NCBI GenBank assembly: GCA_964645535.1
Contig: CAZYCQ010000005.1
Location: 61,394 to 108,025, forward strand
DNA: 46,632 bases
Direction of reading: 5' to 3'
Origin: an uncultured archaeon
GTDB lineage: Archaea > Asgardarchaeota > Heimdallarchaeia > Heimdallarchaeales > Kariarchaeaceae
The notes beneath the pieces are model-generated. The model was not told the DNA's origin. It searched no databases and worked only from the letters and a program-made list of their open reading frames with translations. Within the stretch, counting starts at the first letter, position 1, and each line of letters begins with the position of its first letter. The translations under genes and the position numbers were made by a program. Shown here piece after piece: positions 39,381-46,632 of the stretch.

Positions 39381-40364
39381 ATGCATCCTGTAATTAAGCG
39401 ATGGGCGTTCCTGCTCTCATCCACATCTGTTATGGTCTATTTTTCTGAAAAGATGTACTGGTACGTCCAAGGGTATTCCTACCTTGAATTGATATTGTTT
39501 TACCTTTTTGCATCCTATTCCGTTTTTTGGGCAATAGACCATTTCAAAATCAATGATGTGTGGGGTTTGGCATTGGCCGGTATACTTTATCCACTATTTG
39601 TGGAAGGCGTCTTTACAGGGATTATCACCGCAGACATCACTGGGATCATGCTTTCATATTTCGTGGGATGGCATACAACACTTGCTGTGCTTATAGGCTG
39701 GTTTTGGCATCGCAAACTTCTCATTGAGCGCCGGACTCGAACCATAATCCTGAGCTCAGTTCTTCTAGGTCTTCTTCTTGGCTTTTGGGCAACGGTCTAT
39801 TGGTTGCCTGAAAATATCAATGACCCCGAATTGAGCCCTGAAAACGGATTCCACTCCGGAAAATGGCTCTTGATTGACTATGCCCTCCTCCAACTTTATC
39901 TTGGTGCCATTTATATATTCAGTCATTTTATACTTTCAAAGACTTGGATTGAAAGATTTCAACCGTCTAAATGGGAAAACTATACAATCTTATCCCTTGT
40001 TCTTCTTCTATCGTTGATACAAGCACTTTCATCTTCCTTCTTCATTCTATGGTTGATATTTCTTTATGCGATTGTCCTCCTTGCTCTCCGAAAATATTCT
40101 CAAGGGCATTCCGAGGTGACTGTGCTGGAGCAGCTTGCTGGTGAAGTTAGGGTTCGAGATATTCTTTTGCTGTCCCTTATCAATCTATCTGCGATTGTCG
40201 CATATGCTTTAGTCGATGCAATTGAATTGTCTGAAGAAGTGATCCGCAAACTTTTCCTGAATGGGATTGTTGGCATTCAGGTGATCTATGGTGCAGGTAT
40301 CTTATTGTATTCAATCATCAGAGTTTGGAAGAGAAAAGATCGAACCATCTCTCAAACTGAGTAA
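39381..40364 (+). CDS. Multi-pass membrane hypothetical protein
   Basis: About 9 hydrophobic segments; FSEKMYW, VEGV and WH motifs. Confidence 0.75.
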   Translation: MHPVIKRWAFLLSSTSVMVYFSEKMYWYVQGYSYLELILFYLFASYSVFWAIDHFKINDVWGLALAGILYPLFVEGVFTGIITADITGIMLSYFVGWHTTLAVLIGWFWHRKLLIERRTRTIILSSVLLGLLLGFWATVYWLPENINDPELSPENGFHSGKWLLIDYALLQLYLGAIYIFSHFILSKTWIERFQPSKWENYTILSLVLLLSLIQALSSSFFILWLIFLYAIVLLALRKYSQGHSEVTVLEQLAGEVRVRDILLLSLINLSAIVAYALVDAIELSEEVIRKLFLNGIVGIQVIYGAGILLYSIIRVWKRKDRTISQTE

Positions 40365-40410
40365 AAATTTTACTGGATGCTTATATTTTAACCTTGCAAA
40401 TATTGTTGTA

Positions 40411-40992
40411 ATGACAATGAATTCAGAGACCTCCCTTGGCCTGCTTAAGGGTTTTCAATCTTTTCTTTCTTTGATCATCGTCCTTTCCTTCCTGCAAACA
40501 ATTGGAGGACAGGACGTAGTTCAGATCAATGATCCAGATAAACCTTTGTTGGTTCTTCCATGGGGTGGCCATCATTTTATTTGTGGGGTCTTCGCTCGCT
40601 TTTTAGGGCGTTCATAAGAGAATCTTGAAATTGCGCAATGAAGATCTTGACCTTGGCCAATCTCCATTCCCAATCACGAAGACCTCTGCTCTAATGGCAA
40701 AGGAAACTGAGAGGTTAAACAAGACAATAGGGCTGTTGGATTTTGTTGCTTCCCTGACTTTGGGTTGGACATTGGTACTTATTCCATTTTATATTGTGTT
40801 CATTTTGCTATGGATTGTTTCCCTATTTACCGATAAGATTTTAGTGGTTCGTGGCGTGACATCCTCGGAACAATTGTTGTTTGGGGAATCGCAAACCTGC
40901 TATTCATGTTAATATTAAGGCTGTATCGCATTGGGCGGCGGTTAGCAACGTATTCTAAAATTATCGCAAAATTGGATCCTGAACTGCTTTAG
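40411..40992 (+). pseudogene. Degraded multi-pass membrane protein gene
   Basis: Hydrophobic reading continues across a frameshift at ~40562 (PW|GVAIILFVG), a TAG at ~40604 and a frameshift at ~40855 (|ILGTIVVWGIANLLFML...DPELL*). Confidence 0.55.
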
Positions 40993-41001
40993 GTGTTTGT
41001 A

Positions 41002-41286
41002 ATGGGTCGTGAGGAAAGGCTTCTAAAGGTTTTGGCAGGACTTTTTGTAGCCGTTTCCGAAATCTCAACGTCCGGATGCACTAGGGATCAAGTAAATTCC
41101 GGTATCCTTAGATTGGGCTTTAAGGCACATAACCCACATCAACTCAGAAAGGATTTGAATTGGTTAATTGAACGGAAATTAGTGAAAATGGTTAAGGATT
41201 CCCCCAAAAGAAAATACCTTCCAACTCTGAAAGGACAACGGCTTGCAGAAAACATTATTCATGTTTGGAAAGAGCTGATGAAATGA
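41002..41286 (+). CDS. Small winged-helix protein
   Basis: LRKDLNWLIERKLVKM...YLPTLKGQRLA recognition-helix/wing pattern. Confidence 0.6.
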   Translation: MGREERLLKVLAGLFVAVSEISTSGCTRDQVNSGILRLGFKAHNPHQLRKDLNWLIERKLVKMVKDSPKRKYLPTLKGQRLAENIIHVWKELMK

Positions 41287-43220
41287 AGTCCTGTAAGATT
41301 GTTTTTTCCGAAAAATACTGTAGGGATTGACCTCATTTATCAATTTCATCCATGATTGCAAGTTTATCATCTTTTTGCTCTTACTTCTTATCATTCCCAT
41401 AATGCTCATGATGGCCTCTTGGATCTATCTTTCTCACGAATTTGACAATCTTTTTATTCTATTTTGGTCATAAACCTGCATGAAACTCTCAAACTTAATG
41501 ATTCTATTGCTTTCGGCAGCAAGTGTCACTTTGACCAATTGGTCACATCCCATAATTTATGTGCCCAACTCCATATCTTTGGGGACAACAGATTCATCTA
41601 ATGTACCGCATCTGATCCCAGAAACTGACCAAATTATCGGAGCGGTTGTGCAGGATCCTTCCCATAAAAATAATGCACTTGATCGAAATCAACTTTCAAG
41701 TCGTGTTCTGAGTCAATTTGCTCTCACAAAACTTAAGAAAATTGGTACTAATCTTCCAGATTCAATCCACGTTTCCTCTGCTCCTACAATCGATCCTATT
41801 GTTATTGTTGGAGATCAGGACTTGGTCAGTCAAGCTGCAGCCAGAGGATGGTAGGGATCTGGCACTGCTCAATTTCCGATCACGATTACTGGGGAAAGCA
41901 TCACTGAAAACAGTACGGTGAAAACACCTGTTTACATTAAGGATACCACGTTAGCAATTGATTTCAAGGTCAATACCATACACAACGCTACAAACCCCAA
42001 CAATCAGTTAGGCATTGGTGGTGTGGTTTTGGACAATGTCTCCAATGTATTCTTTTACGATAACGTAATCGGTTCAAATAAGGAATTTGGTGTTTATGCT
42101 GTCTACAGCAGGAATATCTGGTTTATTGGGAACACATTCCAATATAACCATAGATCCAATATTTTCTTATCACAATCTTCAGAGATACGAATTATCAACA
42201 ACACTTTTCTTTCAACTGCACTGTTGGATGATGATTACGATTATTATAATGCAGAGATATTCATCCAAGACTCCAACCAAATAACGATCGAAGGAAACAC
42301 TTTTGCAAAGGGGAGTACCAGCAAAGGGATATTTACCACGTTGGTAGGGAATGTCACCGTTGTCGGGAACAATTTTGCAAACAGTACCCAGAGTGTAAAT
42401 GATTTGGGAAGGATTGTCTTTGAAGATGTTCTCGGAGACAATCTTATTGAAAACAACACCATTACCAACAACTTGGGGAGTGGAATCGTCTTTTATGGAT
42501 CCTACGACCCGAAGGTAAGTATCGTAAATAACAATACCATTGCGAACAATCAAGGTTCTGGTATCGTCATCAATCCTGGTAGCTATGCGGCAAATAATAT
42601 TCCTCTTATAATCGCAAACAACAGTATTTTCAACAATCTCGGACATGGTGTCTATGCTGACAAGGGGTTGGCAAACTCTACAATCAGTTCGAACCTTATT
42701 GAAGGAAATGGGGGAACCGGGATTTTCCTTGAACATTACCAGACCATCTTTCTAATGTTGAATATCACCCTTTCAGGCAATACCGTTCGATCCAACAATT
42801 TAGGAGTCCATTTCAAATACGTGGAGGGCGTAACCCTCCGAAATGGTGTGGTTGATAAGAACAAGCAGTATGGAATTCATCTTGAAGCCTCAGAGAACAT
42901 AACGGTATCCCACATTGTTGCAGATGAAAATGGAATGTCTGGCATCTATATCAAGGGTGATACCTATTCAGATGGTGCAAACAATACACTTGAATACATC
43001 GATGCAAATCGAAACAATGAAAGTGGAATTTATATCCGAAGCGACTTCAATGACCTATTTGCAATAAGTGCTGTGGCCAACAAGCTGTATGGTCTCTATC
43101 TCCGATTTACAACAAACACGACCGTTATTGATTTTTCAGCTGGCTTCAACCAAGATAAGAATGCCTATCTCTACTATTCTACAAATGGAACATTCAATGA
43201 TTGGGATGTTTCTGATGGTT

Positions 43221-43868
43221 CATATGTTTCGTTTCCCCCTTCAATCGCAATTCCCGTGTTCTTAACTGTAAATGTATTGTTTATTATCTTGGCATTGGTT
43301 GAAGATAACGAATAGATACCTTCATTGATACCAGAAGTGAATATGTTTTCCCGGATTTCTGCATAGCGTGAAGAGTTATCCAAGTAGATACCAGCACTCC
43401 CATTGTTGTAGGAGTTATAGAATTCGTTATGACTAATGGTTGTTGCCTCATCTCCATCCAAAATGACCCCATAGGCGGATCTCGGCAACTCTGTGGCGGG
43501 TATGAATGGGGCGATGAAATTTTGAGTGATGTTTGTTGACTTTGAATTGGTTCCTACTCGGATATATGCCATGAAAAGGTCATCCGATGTACCTTCTGAT
43601 TGAAAACTATTACCCCAAATTGTGACGGATTCAGTTTCAAAAAGATAAATGGCATCAACAACGGTTTTCCTAAAGATCGTATCAAAAATGGTAATATTGG
43701 TTGAATAGGCGGCATAGAACCCATGGGTATTGTTTTCGAATGTCGAATCGGAGATCGTCAGGTTTGAACTCCAACTGTAGGCCACATAAACACCATAACT
43801 AGTATGATCGTAGATGGTTGCCGTTTTTATAGCGTTGTTGGAGCCGGCATATAGGTAAATCCCATATG
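43221..43868 (-). other. Intragenic inversion bounded by CATATG palindromes
   Basis: CATATG at 43221-43226 and 43863-43868. The 636-bp interior encodes beta-helix repeats on the minus strand, and re-inversion gives in-frame junctions on both sides. Confidence 0.92.
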
Positions 43869-44599
43869 TCTATGCAAACACATTCCAACGAAATTCTTAT
43901 GGTATTGCGATATTGAACGGAGTGAATATCTCGATTACGGAAAATTCATTCAAGGACATTTCCATAGGTGGGATCTCGATAGGTGACAGCTTCTTCGGTA
44001 ATGGCGGGTCCACTGATTTTCCCCTCGAGATTACAAACAATCAAATGGTAAATGTCTCAACCGGGATTGAGTTGGACTCCTTCAGGAATGTCAAAATAAT
44101 TCACAACGATATCTCGTTAGCAAGCTCTTATGGAATCTACATTTTTGATTCTCCGAATGTCGACATAGAGGACAATTTAATCCATCACAACACGATGACG
44201 GGGATAGTCCTCAATGGCAGCAATGTGGATGCCATTTCCATTCTGAGGAACACCATCTATTACCAATACTACAGTTATGCCATCGAACTGCATGGGACAA
44301 AAGGGGTAAGTATATCCGACAATATATTCCTTATCAACGGCCTGATGAGGAAGTCCCAGATTCTTGACAATGGACAGTCGACAACCCTTTCCAATAACTA
44401 TTGGGATGATGCAGTTCCATTCAACGAGGATGCCAACAACGATGGTATCGGTGATGTGGAATACAAAACTGAAGGAAGTGCAGGTTCAATGGATTCTTCT
44501 CCCCTGCTTACCCCTCCAGTTTATTCTTACGATAGCCATTTCTTGCTTGAAGCAATATTTGTGGCCTTTCCTCCCATAACACCAATCAATGGAACCTAT

Positions 44600-45150
44600 C
44601 GTCTTGGATGGAGGATTGCGTTCGATTCCAATTACCATTCCGTCACCTATTCCCTCTTTTACAGCAATGACAATGGGGCAACCTTCACGCAAATTGCCAC
44701 AGGATTGACTGAACAAACCTATGACTGGAATACCGCATCCCTTCCAAATGGACAATACAGGTTGAAGATCGTCGCGAATGATGGAAATGGACTAACTGCG
44801 GAACATGTTTCGAATGTCTTCAACATAGGTGATCCCAATCAACAGACTCATGAACTGAAGGTTCCCACACTTCTCAATCCCTTGGGAGGTGAAACCCTGT
44901 CCGGTACCATAGAGGTTCGTTGGGATGCTGCTGTGGATACGCTTGGCCATTCCATCACCTATTCCCTCCATATTTCTTCAGATAATGGTGCCACTTGGGA
45001 ATTGATTGCTGATGGACTGAATGGAACTATCTATCTCTGGGATACCTCCTCTGTTGCCAATGGTCAGTACCTGATGAAGGTGGTGGCTGATGATGGTAAT
45101 GGTCTTACCGCTGAGGATCAAAGCGAAACGGCATTTACTATTCAAAATGC
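44600..45150 (+). repeat. Tandem duplicated Ig/FN3-like domain
   Basis: HSVTYSLFYSNDNGATF...WNTASLPNGQYRLKIVANDGNGLTAE vs HSITYSLHISSDNGATW...WDTSSVANGQYLMKVVADDGNGLTAE. Confidence 0.8.
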
Positions 45151-45296
45151 GGAAACAAGTACCTCCACGACCTCAACAGTCTACACCTCCCTCTACCTCG
45201 TCAACAAGTGAAAACGACGGGATTGCCCCGTTCTTCATTATGGTCTTTACTCTCGGCATGATTGTCCTGCGAAAGAAGAAGAAATGGTTCAAATAA

Positions 45297-46463
45297 TTAA
45301 TGTTTGAAAAATTGATCCAATGTTTTTCTGTTCTGTTCCACCAGTTTGACCAGTTCATCCGTAAGTTCCGTCATGTGGGAAAGATTGGCACTGACATCTT
45401 CCATTGTTGCGGCAATCTCTTCTGATGATGCTGACGTCTCTTCAGAAATCGCAGCAATCTGTTCCACATCGGTTCTCATCTCATTAAAGTACCTTTCAAG
45501 AGTCTGGGTGGCCTCTTCTGCTGTTTCCTTGATCTGATCCGCAATTGTGGTCGAGCTTTCTGCAAGACGTCTCACGTTTTCTGCAACCACCGCAAATCCT
45601 CTACCATAATCTCCTGCACGTGAAGCTTCGATACCTGCGTTCAGTGCGAGAATATTGGTCTGAATGGCAATTTCACTAACCTGCTCGGTGTTTCTCTGGA
45701 TCTGCTCAATAATCTGCCTGACCAGTTTTTCTCCTTCTGCCTGCTTGTTTGTCATCTCCAACAGCATATCTGTCTGACTGGATGCACCCTGTGCCATGGA
45801 TTGTGTTGAAGCCGTCACCTCCTCCACTGATGCACTGAGTTCTTCAGTATTGGCACTTAACGAATCGACAGTTCGAGATATGATCTGGTTGCTTTTCACC
45901 ATGGTTTCTGTCAATGTAGCCGTAATATCCAGAATGTCATTGACAACCTTGGCATTTTCTCCTAGGATCTTGTCGTTCAAGACTCTTTTTCCAGTTATTC
46001 TTGCTACCAGATCTCCATTTTCAATCTTGGATCGCAGTGCAATCAGCTCATCCGAAAGTGGCTTGATCGTATCAAAAATGCTGTACACGGCTCCCATTCC
46101 AATGAGAATGTGGATCAAGGCAATCCCTATGAAAACCGGCACGTAGCCAACAGGAAATGTCTGACCCTCCGGGGTATCTAGCACCGTAGCTGCTGAAAGT
46201 GCCAAAAAGACGATTACCAGAACATGCAAAGATACCTTGAACCTGAAATCGCTTGTTCCTAACCTGAAAACCAGAAACAGAAGGACGATGGAAAGGACAA
46301 CTCCATCACGGATGATCTCATCAAGCACCGCTGCTGGTGTTCCAAGAACTGGTATTCCCAAGGTCGAAAGATAATAGTTCATCACCACCAATGGAAAAAT
46401 CAAGAACTCCGTCTTTGTATACCATGGAGCTGATTTCAATCTTTCCTTGAATGATAATTCCAT
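45297..46463 (-). CDS. Methyl-accepting chemotaxis protein
   Basis: [38 protein letters not shown] hairpin-tip signature; about 4 N-terminal TMs. Confidence 0.93.
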   Translation of the reverse strand: MELSFKERLKSAPWYTKTEFLIFPLVVMNYYLSTLGIPVLGTPAAVLDEIIRDGVVLSIVLLFLVFRLGTSDFRFKVSLHVLVIVFLALSAATVLDTPEGQTFPVGYVPVFIGIALIHILIGMGAVYSIFDTIKPLSDELIALRSKIENGDLVARITGKRVLNDKILGENAKVVNDILDITATLTETMVKSNQIISRTVDSLSANTEELSASVEEVTASTQSMAQGASSQTDMLLEMTNKQAEGEKLVRQIIEQIQRNTEQVSEIAIQTNILALNAGIEASRAGDYGRGFAVVAENVRRLAESSTTIADQIKETAEEATQTLERYFNEMRTDVEQIAAISEETSASSEEIAATMEDVSANLSHMTELTDELVKLVEQNRKTLDQFFKH

Positions 46464-46487
46464 GAATAAATAAAATCAATGGATTAT

Positions 46488-46631
46488 TTATGTTGAATGC
46501 CTTGCGTTCATAAAAAACTCAATGAAATGCCTGATGTGTTCCATTACTGCCTGATGTGATTTCCCCCTTCCAATCCTGCCGTGAAGTTGTTGAATGGAAA
46601 CTTCTTCCGGCAGTTCTTGTAGACAAATCAC
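46488..46631 (-). CDS. Possible 3' end of a gene entering from beyond the window
   Basis: Open minus-strand frame VICLQELPEEVSIQQLHGRIGRGKSHQAVMEHIRHFIEFFMNARHST*. Confidence 0.3.
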   Translation of the reverse strand: MICLQELPEEVSIQQLHGRIGRGKSHQAVMEHIRHFIEFFMNARHST

Positions 46632-46632
46632 G

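Larger units (their letters stand above)
41480..45296 (+). pseudogene. Interrupted ~1270-aa cell-surface protein: right-handed beta-helix (NosD-like) repeats, two Ig/FN3-like domains, S/T linker and TM anchor
   Basis: ORFs 41480, 41918 and 43913 share one frame. In-frame TAG at 41852-41854, inverted internal segment 43227-43862, and a frameshift near 45175 before the TM-RKKKK tail. Confidence 0.88.

Noticed and set aside
43174-43785. Minus-strand 203-aa beta-helix ORF as an independent gene
   Set aside because: It has no signal peptide or own start context, and its coding character begins and ends exactly at the CATATG sites. It is the inverted interior of the plus-strand gene.
43200-43890. 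Classical invertase (hix/fim-type) long inverted repeats at the inversion ends
   Set aside because: Homology is limited to the 6-bp palindrome. CATATG also occurs many times elsewhere in the window (e.g. ~4220, ~7693, ~8861, ~40201), and no recombinase gene is present.
46528-46558. 11-bp direct repeat TGCCTGATGTG x2
   Set aside because: Only two copies, probably within coding sequence at the window edge; not CRISPR-like.
1-46632. Genome-wide TAG reassignment
   Set aside because: Several intact genes end at TAG at their expected family length (e.g. ABC permease 14353, adenine deaminase 23502).
1-46632. CRISPR array, rRNA, known defence operons
   Set aside because: No regularly spaced repeats, rRNA-like segments or recognisable cas/RM genes were found by eye.

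Overview
An AT-rich archaeal window, most likely from an Asgard (Heimdallarchaeia-like) genome. That assignment is an inference from aIF-1A, multi-pass membrane proteins fused to longin/uDENN-like domains, large AsnC-like wHTH regulators, a PGF-CTERM-type anchor and beta-helix surface proteins. Recognisable genes are aIF-1A, a PrsW protease, a thioesterase, an M1 aminopeptidase, an ABC-2 exporter, a class V aminotransferase, two subtilases, tRNA-Val(CAC), an FNR-like oxidoreductase, adenine deaminase, a CPA2 antiporter, an acyl-CoA ligase, ferritin, YwbE and an MCP. No CRISPR array, rRNA or intact mobile element was seen. Main oddities: (1) a ~3.8 kb beta-helix surface-protein gene (41480-45296) carries an internal 636-bp segment inverted between two CATATG palindromes; flipping it back restores both junctions in frame, and the gene also has one in-frame TAG and one late frameshift. 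(2) A two-gene module of a large wHTH regulator plus a small secreted DxDxDG/FDPPGG protein occurs twice, in different orientations. (3) A 761-aa protein is built from six tandem winged-helix units. (4) A sharp local strand-composition flip is centred on the tRNA. (5) Several genes between ~36.5 and 45.3 kb are decayed or mosaic.
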